Positions 9,361-17,470 of a stretch of 32,000 bases of DNA are shown piece after piece. Position numbers and translations under genes: made by a program. The notes under the pieces are model-generated. The model made no database searches, was not told the origin of the DNA, and worked only from the letters and a program-made list of their open reading frames with translations. This DNA is from an uncultured Muribaculaceae bacterium (lineage in GTDB: Bacteria; Pseudomonadota; Alphaproteobacteria; Rs-D84). Numbering within the stretch: position 1 is the first letter of the stretch; every line of letters starts with the position of its first letter. The DNA lies in the NCBI GenBank assembly GCA_965231035.1, contig OZ246409.1, positions 361,101 through 393,100 of the forward strand. The letters run 5' to 3'.

Positions 9361-9466
9361 TTTTTACCTCTTTATTCAATATTATTAGACAAATTATAAT
9401 TTATGTCAATTAGAAATTTAAATTTCATACTTGCTTGAAATCAAATAATGTTTTAATAATTAGGCC

Positions 9467-11446
9467 ATGGTTGAAAAAATTAATCACTCCTATGACGCAT
9501 CAGATATACAAGTACTCGAAGGTCTGGAACCAGTTCGCCTTCGTCCTGGTATGTATATCGGTGGTACTGATGAAAAAGCATGGCACCACCTGCCTATTGA
9601 AATTCTGGACAACTCGATTGACGAGGCTGTCGCTGGTTTTGCTAAAAAAATCACGGTAAATCTGATAGATAGTAAAACTATTGAGATTACAGACGATGGT
9701 CGTGGTATTCCTGTCGATGAACATCCAAAGTATCCTGGCAAATCGGCTTTGGAAATTATTTTTACATCACTTCATTCCGGTGGAAAGTTTAACAACAATG
9801 TTTATAAAACCAGTGGTGGGTTGCACGGTGTGGGCAGTTCCGTTGTAAATGCACTGTCTTCGGAAATGGTTGTTTTGGTTTCACGTGATGGATTTGTTTG
9901 GAAACAAACTTTTTCCCGCGGTAAAACCACCAGCCCAATTACCAAGAGTGAAGCAACAAAAAATCATGGAACATCTATTCGATTCACATTAGATGATCAA
10001 ATATTCGGCAGTGGTGCAACATTTAAACCTTTGAAAATTTATCGTATGGCACGTGCCAAGGCTTTCTTGTCCAGTGGTGTTCGTGTTGAATGGAAATGTA
10101 ATCCAAGTCTTTTGACCGAAGATATGAATATCAACCCAGAAACAACATTCTATTATCCAAATGGTGTGGCTGATTTCTTAGAAGAAAAAACAAATTCTAA
10201 ACCACACATTTTGCCAAAGATTTTTAGTGGCAGTGTTGATTTTCCAGATGATTCTGGTCATGTTGAATGGGCATTAACATTTTTAACAGATGAAAACGGT
10301 GCCGCATCTGATGATGGATTCTTTGCCAGCTATTGCAATACAATTTCAACAATTGACGGTGGAACACATGAATCTGGATTCAAATCTGCAATAACACGCG
10401 GTTTGAAAAACTATGGCGAAAAAATAAACAATAAAGCAGCGGCAAATATTATCGGTGAAGATGTTTTCGATTCGGCTGCCGCGATTGTTTCAGTATTTTA
10501 TAAATCTCCACAATTTTTGGGACAAACGAAAGAAAAACTTTCAAATCCGGAAATAGCCAGATTTACAGAAAATGCGTTGCGTGATCCCTGGGAAATTTTC
10601 TTGGCATCAGATCCAAAAACTGCAAATGCAATTTTAGATTTTGTAATTAATTTAGCAAATGCACGTATAAAAACGAAACAGGTCAAAGATATCGCACGTA
10701 AAACACCAACTAAGCGTGCACGTATGCCACATAAACTGGCAGATTGTTCTAAACACGGTATTGCTGGAACTGAATTGTTCTTGGTCGAAGGTGAATCAGC
10801 CGGTGGAACCGCCAAACAAGCACGCGATAGAAACACCCAGGCAATTATGCCGTTACGTGGTAAAGTTTTAAATGTTCTGTCTAATTCTGACGAACGTTTC
10901 AAAGATAACAAAGAATTGAATGAATTAATTGATATTATCGGTGCTGGAACTGCGCGGGATTGGGATGAATCAAAACTGCGTTATGAAAAAATTGTCATAA
11001 TGACCGATGCGGATGTTGATGGCAGTCATATTGCATCTTTGCTGATGGGATTTTTCTATCAATTTATGCCTCAATTGATTCATGATGGACATTTATATTT
11101 ATCTTGTCCTCCTCTTTATAAGATAACTCATGGGGCAGATTCAATTTATGTTGACACCGATGAAGAATTGGAAGAGTTGAAGAATACTAAATATAAAAAT
11201 AAAAAAATTGAAATATCTCGATTCAAAGGTCTTGGTGAAATGATGCCAAATCAGTTAAAAGAAACGACAATGTCACCAAAAACTCGCCGATTGATAAGGG
11301 TTGTATTACCATCAAAAAACGAAGAAGGATTCGAAGATACTGAAAAAACAAAAGTTTTGGTTTCCGAATTGTTGGGTAAAAAACCAGAATTCCGTTTCAA
11401 GTTCATAACAGAACACGCAAAGTTTGTAAAAGATTTGTTTGTTTAA
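9467..11446 (+). CDS. parE: DNA topoisomerase IV subunit B
   Basis: 659-aa type IIA topoisomerase B subunit with a GHKL ATPase N-terminus (YDASDIQVLEGLEPVRLRPGMYIGGT, LHGVGSSVVNALS), Toprim (ELFLVEGESAGG, IMTDADVDGSHI) and PLRGKVLN. Its length, and the absence of the long GyrB-type C-terminal insertion, favour ParE over GyrB. Confidence 0.8.
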   Translation: MVEKINHSYDASDIQVLEGLEPVRLRPGMYIGGTDEKAWHHLPIEILDNSIDEAVAGFAKKITVNLIDSKTIEITDDGRGIPVDEHPKYPGKSALEIIFTSLHSGGKFNNNVYKTSGGLHGVGSSVVNALSSEMVVLVSRDGFVWKQTFSRGKTTSPITKSEATKNHGTSIRFTLDDQIFGSGATFKPLKIYRMARAKAFLSSGVRVEWKCNPSLLTEDMNINPETTFYYPNGVADFLEEKTNSKPHILPKIFSGSVDFPDDSGHVEWALTFLTDENGAASDDGFFASYCNTISTIDGGTHESGFKSAITRGLKNYGEKINNKAAANIIGEDVFDSAAAIVSVFYKSPQFLGQTKEKLSNPEIARFTENALRDPWEIFLASDPKTANAILDFVINLANARIKTKQVKDIARKTPTKRARMPHKLADCSKHGIAGTELFLVEGESAGGTAKQARDRNTQAIMPLRGKVLNVLSNSDERFKDNKELNELIDIIGAGTARDWDESKLRYEKIVIMTDADVDGSHIASLLMGFFYQFMPQLIHDGHLYLSCPPLYKITHGADSIYVDTDEELEELKNTKYKNKKIEISRFKGLGEMMPNQLKETTMSPKTRRLIRVVLPSKNEEGFEDTEKTKVLVSELLGKKPEFRFKFITEHAKFVKDLFV

Positions 11447-11470
11447 AAAACCGCCACTTGGCGGTTTTTT
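11445..11470. terminator. Bidirectional terminator between parE and the 424-aa secreted-protein gene
   Basis: The sequence is aaaaaa ccgcc actt ggcgg ttttttt. Confidence 0.7.
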
Positions 11471-12744
11471 TATTTAATTCCAACTGTGAATTCATCATCC
11501 CAGCCTGCGACAACTTGGCCACCGACTGTACAACTGATATCTTCAAATCCATTTTCAGTTTGATTCTTTTTGATAATGCTGCTGGTTATTAACCCACCTG
11601 CAGTTCCCAACACTACACCAGCAACAGAATCTGATACCAAGCGTGCCTTGTTAAAATTGCCTTCTTTGTCAGTCCAGACACTTTTTTTACTAAAATTCGA
11701 CATAACACCGTTTATATCATTCGCAAAAGACTTAATTTTACTTTCTGAATTAGTAACACCCGTAGTTTTTTCATCCTCGTACTTTTTAATCAGAAGTTTA
11801 AGTTTTAATATATCGTTATCAAGATTGAATTGAGCAATATTGTTAGAATTTTCTTTACATTCATCCAATATTTTTTCAATCAATGAAGATATATCTTTAT
11901 CATTAGAATATTGTATAGCCTCACTTTGTAGCCAATCTATTGTCTCATTTCTGCATTGTGCCGACTTTTTAACACACTGAGAACCATTCCAAAATAATTC
12001 ACCAGATTTACCACAATCACAAGTATTTTTAGTGATATTCCAAGAACCCCCTGCATTTATACACTTCCTTTTGATAGCTTCTAACTTAGAGTTATCTTCC
12101 TGTTGTTTTTTATTTTTCGCTGCGTCATTTAAACTTTTATCATCACACCAAATTAAGGTAGTTATATTATTACTTATGTTAATTTGTTTTTGAACAGCAC
12201 CTTTTGGACATTTGTTACTACATTGGTCAGAAGATGTTAAATAAAAGTTATCATGACTACCATAACGACTTTCCGGACAACCATTATAGTAAGTAAAATC
12301 CATATTAACATCATTTGTTGTTTTTGGTTCACCATCTTGAGAAACAGCAAAAGGTAACAAGGATTTTGGAGTAATATTATAATCTGCTGATGGTGATAAG
12401 AAATTACTTGTGTTAAATTGTAATCCAAAGGTATCGTTCGTTACCCAACTTCCATTTTTACATACAACTACAATATTTGCAGCAACAGGAAAAGAAGAAC
12501 CATTTTTGATATTATAAGCCACCGCACCCATCTTAGTTGCAACATCCTGCAAATTTTGCGTATTATATCTTGCACAGAAAACTACCACTTTTTGACCAAA
12601 ATTATCAACTACATAACCATCATTCTGATTTTGATCTTTTACAATTGTTGGTTTGGAAGGTAATTGTATAATAAAATTTGCATTTGCAACTTCTATAATA
12701 CCGAGCAACGCTAAAAAAACTGAAAAAAATGCTAATTTTCTCAT
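11470..12744 (-). CDS. Secreted/surface Cys-rich protein with C-terminal glycine-zipper segment (orphan)
   Basis: I start at Met32 of the track ORF (ATG 12744, GGAG 8 nt upstream). This gives the signal peptide MRKLAFFSVFLALLGIIEVANA and removes the overlap with dnaA. The protein has about 18 Cys, about a dozen N-x-S/T sequons, and a hydrophobic Gly-zipper (VAGVVLGTAGGLITSSII) near the C-terminus. Confidence 0.6.
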   Translation of the reverse strand: MRKLAFFSVFLALLGIIEVANANFIIQLPSKPTIVKDQNQNDGYVVDNFGQKVVVFCARYNTQNLQDVATKMGAVAYNIKNGSSFPVAANIVVVCKNGSWVTNDTFGLQFNTSNFLSPSADYNITPKSLLPFAVSQDGEPKTTNDVNMDFTYYNGCPESRYGSHDNFYLTSSDQCSNKCPKGAVQKQINISNNITTLIWCDDKSLNDAAKNKKQQEDNSKLEAIKRKCINAGGSWNITKNTCDCGKSGELFWNGSQCVKKSAQCRNETIDWLQSEAIQYSNDKDISSLIEKILDECKENSNNIAQFNLDNDILKLKLLIKKYEDEKTTGVTNSESKIKSFANDINGVMSNFSKKSVWTDKEGNFNKARLVSDSVAGVVLGTAGGLITSSIIKKNQTENGFEDISCTVGGQVVAGWDDEFTVGIK

Positions 12745-12820
12745 CACAAAATCTCCATGTTGATAGTATAATTGTATCATAAATTCAATGGAATAAAAAG
12801 AGATAATTAGATATTTGATT

Positions 12821-14098
12821 TTATCTGCATTCTTCAATCATTTGATCGATTTGTGCGCCCAGAATCAAGTCAGATGTACGTGCCTTGTCAATTTGGGACA
12901 TTGCGTATAAAACTGTCGCATGGTCACGATCACCACAAACACGACCAATTTCAGTCAAAGAAAGTTTTGTGGCCGATTTCAATGCCACCATCATTATTTG
13001 ACGAGTGCGAACCAAAGTGCGATTACGACCATTTCCACAAACAGCATCGTAAGATACACCCAACTTTTCACACATAGATTTTACCATAGAAAGTGGGGTT
13101 TTATTTTTTTGCAATGTGTCAGACAACAACTTTTCAGCAATTTCAATTGTAACGCGTTCGTTCATCAATTCAGAATATGTTTTTATTTTTTTGGCAACGC
13201 CATTAATTAAATGCCCATCACCTGCAATTCTAGAAGATAATAATTCAGCAACATCTAAACCAACACCATTACGAACCAACATTGTTTTTTTGACATTTTT
13301 ATTTTGTGCTGAAATATCTGCAACCAAACCAGATGCCAACAAAGATTGTAAACGACGATCAAAACCAGTTAAATTTGCAGGTGCAGCATTTGCAGTCAGA
13401 ACAATATTTTTATGTGTGCCACGCAAATCCATAATCAAATTTAAAAATTCTTCTGTTGTAGCATTCTTGCCAGCCAAAACATGAACATCATCCAAGATAA
13501 AAGTATCACAATTACGACAAAAATCCTTGAAAGCGAAAACTGAACGTTCTGAAATTGCACGTGCAAATTCAGAAACAAACTGAGACCCAGTCATCATCAG
13601 TGTGCGACCCTTGGCTTCTGCATTTATACAGTCCGCCAGCAGGCTTTTGCCACAGCCGGTCGGACCATATAAAAACAACGGAGAAAATGATGCAGAACCA
13701 GATGCAAGCTTTTTACAAGCCGATAAAACAAATGAATTTTCGTCTGAATTTATAAAATTATCAAAAGCAACTGATGGTGATGAAACAGTTACAGGAATAA
13801 AAGATTTTTTTTCACTGTTGTCATTTGCAGAAAAGGTTACGCTGCCTGATGAAACACCTGTTCCAATATAAAGAGATAAATTAAAATCCGCGGCTACGGA
13901 TTGTAAAATATTTAAATAAACACTTTTTAAAAAGTCAGCTGAAAATTGATTTGGTGCAATCAAAGAAAGAGTTGTATCGGAAACGTCAAATTTTAACGGT
14001 GAAATCCAAGAACTGAAACTTGCAGAATCCATCTTCGATGCTATTGACATTTTTACAGATTCCACATCAGTCATCAGTTTCTTTGCCATTACCTGCAT
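12821..14098 (-). CDS. dnaA: Chromosomal replication initiator DnaA (divergent)
   Basis: 425 aa with AAGGAG 7 nt upstream of the ATG at 14098. Walker A is LYGPTGCGKS, Walker B is FILDDVHVL and sensor I is IVLTANAAP. Domain IV carries the DnaA signature (RNRTLVRTRQIMMVALKSATKLSLTEIGRVCGDRDHATVLYA). Confidence 0.85.
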   Translation of the reverse strand: MQVMAKKLMTDVESVKMSIASKMDSASFSSWISPLKFDVSDTTLSLIAPNQFSADFLKSVYLNILQSVAADFNLSLYIGTGVSSGSVTFSANDNSEKKSFIPVTVSSPSVAFDNFINSDENSFVLSACKKLASGSASFSPLFLYGPTGCGKSLLADCINAEAKGRTLMMTGSQFVSEFARAISERSVFAFKDFCRNCDTFILDDVHVLAGKNATTEEFLNLIMDLRGTHKNIVLTANAAPANLTGFDRRLQSLLASGLVADISAQNKNVKKTMLVRNGVGLDVAELLSSRIAGDGHLINGVAKKIKTYSELMNERVTIEIAEKLLSDTLQKNKTPLSMVKSMCEKLGVSYDAVCGNGRNRTLVRTRQIMMVALKSATKLSLTEIGRVCGDRDHATVLYAMSQIDKARTSDLILGAQIDQMIEECR

Positions 14099-14121
14099 GC
14101 CGTTTCTCCTTTCCTTCCTGC

Positions 14122-14140
14122 GAATAGTTTTTGACTATTC
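14122..14140 (-). promoter_or_regulatory. Inverted repeat / hairpin in the dnaA 5' leader
   Basis: gaatagt (14122-14128) and actattc (14134-14140) are exact reverse complements with a 5-nt spacer. The repeat lies 24-42 nt upstream of the dnaA ATG, just upstream of the AAGGAG SD. Confidence 0.3.
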
Positions 14141-14187
14141 AAAAGAGTTCCTCTGCCGCACAAAATATAAAAACCACCCAGATAAAC

Positions 14188-14205
14188 TTATAAATTAATT
14201 TATAA
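14188..14205. repeat. Perfect 18-bp A/T palindrome in the dnaA upstream region
   Basis: ttataaatt|aatttataa is an exact reverse-complement half-site pair. Function unknown. Confidence 0.8.
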
Positions 14206-14402
14206 TCTAGTTTTTCTAAATTGATTCTTTATATTTTTGAGATTGATTTCTCAACCGCTTGGATACGACAGTTAAGTTATAAGATAATTTTTGATTTGCA
14301 ACTTTTTCTTAAAGTTTTTTTTTACATTTATTTTTTGACACCGATTCGGTTTTTAACCAGATTTCTGCATCCTGTATAGACATTGTATTGACAACAAAAG
14401 TA

Positions 14403-15422
14403 CTATATTTTTACGTACCCACCATCTTGTTTTCTTATCAAACCTTGTAATTCCAAGATTACTAATTCAGTTTTAATTTCCGAAATGTTTTTTTTGACAA
14501 GTTCTGCCAATACAGATTCCGACACTGGAACAATTCCTAATTTATCCAAAAGGTTATTTTCGACCTCTTTTTTATCTAAATTTTTTTTGGCTTTTTTATC
14601 ATCTGAATATTCAAAAAAATCTTTTTCACCAGTACATAATTTTGCAAAACCTTTTTGAATCAACTCATTTGGTCCAGCAGACCGAGAGTCTGAAGGATGC
14701 GAAGGTATTGCAAACAGCTGTTTTCCGTACTCCAAAGCGAATCGTGCGGTTGTCATACTGCCCGATTTAAGATCAGCTTCGCCTAATATTAACTTATCAC
14801 AAAGCCCTGCAATCCAACGATTTCTTTGAACAAAGTTACTTGCTGTTGGTTGTATTCCAACTGGCATTTCACTTATTACCGCACCATGTTCTATTATTTC
14901 GTAATACAACGATTCGTTTTCCAATGGCCATATATAATCAACACCACCTGCCAATACTGCAATCGTTTCCGAATCGCCGTTTACACGCAAAGCACCCATA
15001 TGTGCTGCTGTGTCAGTTCCAATGGCCATACCAGATACAACTGCATAATTATTTTTTGCAAAAGATTCTGCCAGGTCAGACATAAATTTTATACCTGCAC
15101 CTGTTGCATGACGTGTTCCAACCATTGACACCAATTGTTTTTTGAAAACAGAAACATTTCCACGAACACTTATAACTGGGGGATGATTTTTTATTTCAAA
15201 TAAGCTTTTCGGATAATCAGAATCTTCATCAGATAAATATTTTATTCCTAATTTTTCCGAAGTTTCAATTTCTCTTTTTACAGAGTCTTTTAATTTTTCA
15301 TCCCAAGATAAAGATTCAAAAACGGTTTTTACACTTCCAAATTTATGGATTAGTTCATTATACTTTGCTGGTCCAATACCAGGGGTTCTTAATATTAATA
15401 ATTTCTTAAATATTTCTTCCAT
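14403..15422 (-). CDS. dprA: DNA processing/protecting protein DprA (Smf)
   Basis: 339 aa with an N-terminal SAM-like helix-hairpin (LRTPGIGPAKYNELI), a Rossmann core (VSMVGTRHATGAG, VVSGMAIGTDTAAHMGAL, FVQRNRWIAGL) and a C-terminal winged-helix-like tail (LVILELQGLIRKQDGGYV). Confidence 0.85.
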   Translation of the reverse strand: MEEIFKKLLILRTPGIGPAKYNELIHKFGSVKTVFESLSWDEKLKDSVKREIETSEKLGIKYLSDEDSDYPKSLFEIKNHPPVISVRGNVSVFKKQLVSMVGTRHATGAGIKFMSDLAESFAKNNYAVVSGMAIGTDTAAHMGALRVNGDSETIAVLAGGVDYIWPLENESLYYEIIEHGAVISEMPVGIQPTASNFVQRNRWIAGLCDKLILGEADLKSGSMTTARFALEYGKQLFAIPSHPSDSRSAGPNELIQKGFAKLCTGEKDFFEYSDDKKAKKNLDKKEVENNLLDKLGIVPVSESVLAELVKKNISEIKTELVILELQGLIRKQDGGYVKI

Positions 15423-15471
15423 AGCATTTTATTATAAAGTGTTTGCCAATATCTTAAAAGTTAAATTATTA

Positions 15472-15500
15472 TAAAAAAATCGCACAAAAAACTGTGCGAT
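15472..15500 (-). terminator. Terminator after the 283-aa secreted-protein gene
   Basis: Stem atcgcaca (15479-15486) pairs with tgtgcgat (15493-15500). On the minus strand it is followed by a 6-7 nt T-run. Confidence 0.7.
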
Positions 15501-15524
15501 TTTAATAAATACTTTTGATTTTTA

Positions 15525-16376
15525 TTATTTTTTCGTTTCTGTCGTTGCTGTAGAGGTTATTGTTTTTGTAGACTCTGCATCCAACTTGATGATTACGGAC
15601 AACCAACTTGCATAATCTATATTTTTGCATTCTTCTGGCTTTTTAGATTGATCAACCGATGTCCAAACATCGTTTTCACATTCTTTTTGCAAATCTTGCA
15701 AACTGGTCTTAAATTTTTCGTATTGTTTACTATCATCTTTTTTCAAAGCCAACAACTGTGAACGTTTCAAATCTTCATCTTTAAGATTTTTATATTTCTG
15801 TCCTTCAACTTTGCCGCCAATCATTTGATTTCCAAATAATTCCATAGCACCAACACCAACACCTGCGCCACCAACAACACCTGCAACTGTTCCCCATGTT
15901 CTGGCGGATTTTTTTGCATCTAAAATACGATTTTTTATTTTGCTGCTGTCTGCCCAACTGCCACAAACTATACTTTGTCCCATTGGATAATAAACTGGTG
16001 CAATATCAGATACATTGATTTTTGAATCAGAAGATTTTAATGTTACACGAACAAAACAAATATTATTATCTGCATTTTCTGTATCTTCAACCATAGAATT
16101 ATAATTGGATGTATCACTGTACTTAGAAGCCCAAACAAATGTATTTCCAACACCAATATTATTACTCATACAGGCTTGTTTTTTTTGATCTGTTGCCGTT
16201 GTTGTTGCTGTTGTAGTTGTTGTAGTTGTTGCACGAACTTGGTTCTGTGCAGCAGCAGTTGCACGTTGTGCACTGCCCCACTGAGCTGCCTGACTACGAC
16301 GATCTGTTGATGGCGCAGCTGCAAAAGCAGACGAAGCAACAAAAGCAATTGTCAAAAAAGAAATTAATTTTTTCAT
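15525..16376 (-). CDS. Secreted protein with poly-Thr linker and central glycine-zipper segment (orphan)
   Basis: Signal peptide MKKLISFLTIAFVASSAFAAAPS, a Thr/Ala run (ATTTTTTTATTTAT), the Gly-zipper TVAGVVGGAGVGVGAMELFG and a charged, helix-prone C-terminal half. A hairpin + T-run terminator follows the stop. Confidence 0.6.
   Translation of the reverse strand: MKKLISFLTIAFVASSAFAAAPSTDRRSQAAQWGSAQRATAAAQNQVRATTTTTTTATTTATDQKKQACMSNNIGVGNTFVWASKYSDTSNYNSMVEDTENADNNICFVRVTLKSSDSKINVSDIAPVYYPMGQSIVCGSWADSSKIKNRILDAKKSARTWGTVAGVVGGAGVGVGAMELFGNQMIGGKVEGQKYKNLKDEDLKRSQLLALKKDDSKQYEKFKTSLQDLQKECENDVWTSVDQSKKPEECKNIDYASWLSVIIKLDAESTKTITSTATTETKK
16209..16229. repeat. Tandem 9-bp duplication inside the poly-Thr-coding tract
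   Basis: The plus strand has tgttgtagt (16209-16217), then tgttgtagt (16218-16226), then tgt. On the minus strand these are ACN Thr codons for residues T50-T56 of the 283-aa protein. Confidence 0.85.
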
Positions 16377-16450
16377 ATCACATCCCTATTCTATGATGGT
16401 TCCATTGTATCACAAAATGACCCAATAATAAAGTAAAAATAAATAAATTA

Positions 16451-16474
16451 TAAAAAACCGTGCGATGCACGGTT
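16451..16474 (-). terminator. Terminator after plsY
   Basis: Stem aaccgtgc (16456-16463) pairs with gcacggtt (16467-16474) around the loop gat. A T-run follows on the minus strand, and the hairpin begins 3 nt after the plsY stop. Confidence 0.7.
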
Positions 16475-16476
16475 AA

Positions 16477-17064
16477 TTATTTTTTCCACTTCCATTCGAC
16501 TTTGGATTCTGTTCCATTAATAAGTCTTTTTATATTTTCTTTATGACGCCATAAACAAAGTACCGATATTGCTATGAATACAAGTCCAACGTTAAAACTG
16601 ATTGCAAAACCCAAAAATGGTATTACCAAGAATCCTACAATCGCACCTGCTGATGAATATCCTGTTAAAAATGCAATCATCAGCCATTCTATACCACATA
16701 CTACAAATGATACTGGGCTGATTGCCAACAAAACACCAAACATTGATGAATTTCCTTTTCCACCCTTAAAGCCCAACCATATCGGATAGCAATGACCAAC
16801 AATAGAAAAGAATCCCATCAGTGCCGCAAAGGTTTCACCAACCATTAAATATCCTAAAATAACAGCAACTATTGATTTTGCCATATCCAGCAACCAAACC
16901 AATCCTGCCAGCTTTAATCCCCCAACACGCATTGCATTTGTCGCGCCAATGTTACCACTGCCAACTTTTCTTAAATCACCTTTGCCTGCCGCTTTGGTTA
17001 TCAATAACCCAAAAGGTATGCTGCCCAAAAGATACGCTATAATTATTCCAAGTATGTAGATCAT
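16477..17064 (-). CDS. plsY: Glycerol-3-phosphate acyltransferase PlsY
   Basis: 195-aa multi-pass membrane ORF with PlsY motifs GSIPFG, GSGNIGATN and FKGGKG. Confidence 0.9.
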   Translation of the reverse strand: MIYILGIIIAYLLGSIPFGLLITKAAGKGDLRKVGSGNIGATNAMRVGGLKLAGLVWLLDMAKSIVAVILGYLMVGETFAALMGFFSIVGHCYPIWLGFKGGKGNSSMFGVLLAISPVSFVVCGIEWLMIAFLTGYSSAGAIVGFLVIPFLGFAISFNVGLVFIAISVLCLWRHKENIKRLINGTESKVEWKWKK

Positions 17065-17137
17065 TTTATTTTCCCTTGATTTTGTGTTCTATTTCTATAA
17101 AATATCAAAATGTATAAATAAATAAAAGGAAAATAAA

Positions 17138-17398
17138 GTGGCAAACCATAAGTCAGCAAAAAAAAGAGTTTTGGTAACAGCAAAAAAGAATGCTGTTAAT
17201 ACTGCACGTCGTTCTTCTGTTAAAACAGCTACAAAGAAAGCTTTGAAAACAATCGAATCCGGCGATAAAAAAGTAGCAATCGAAGCAGTACGTAATGCAG
17301 AATCAAAAATTATGAAAGCTGCATGCAAAACTATGCCAAAGAAACGTGCCAGTCGTAAGGTTTCACGTTTGGTAAAAAACTTAAACAAAACAAAATAA
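17138..17398 (+). CDS. rpsT: 30S ribosomal protein S20
   Basis: GTG start at 17138 with AAGGA upstream. The protein is MANHKSAKKR ... ASRKVSRLVKNL: 86 aa and strongly basic. Confidence 0.9.
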   Translation: MANHKSAKKRVLVTAKKNAVNTARRSSVKTATKKALKTIESGDKKVAIEAVRNAESKIMKAACKTMPKKRASRKVSRLVKNLNKTK

Positions 17399-17418
17399 TT
17401 GTTTTTTTTAAATTAATA

Positions 17419-17452
17419 AAAAACATCGGGATTAATTTCCCGATGTTTTTTG
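17419..17452. terminator. Bidirectional terminator between rpsT and the secretin gene
   Basis: The sequence is aaaaa catcggga ttaatt tcccgatg tttttt: an 8-bp stem with A/T runs on both sides. Confidence 0.75.
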
Positions 17453-17470
17453 TTTGTATTATAATTCTAA

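Noticed and set aside
12745-12837. 31-codon N-terminal extension of the 455-aa ORF overlapping the dnaA stop
   Set aside because: An internal ATG at 12744 has a GGAG SD and yields a canonical signal peptide. The extension overlaps dnaA and has no SD.
14099-14402. Calling this region oriC
   Set aside because: I found no convincing DnaA-box consensus or repeated 9-mers by eye, and alphaproteobacterial origins are often not next to dnaA. I left it as an unexplained structured leader (see findings) rather than an annotated origin.
16166-16348. 60-aa Leu/Gln-rich minus-strand ORF (MLLLLRLLLQL...QQLQQQQQ)
   Set aside because: It is an alternative frame of the Ala/Thr-rich N-terminal region of the 283-aa secreted protein, a low-complexity frame artefact.
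17095-17388. 97-aa minus-strand ORF opposite rpsT
   Set aside because: It is antisense to an unmistakable S20 gene. It has no SD and no recognisable motifs.
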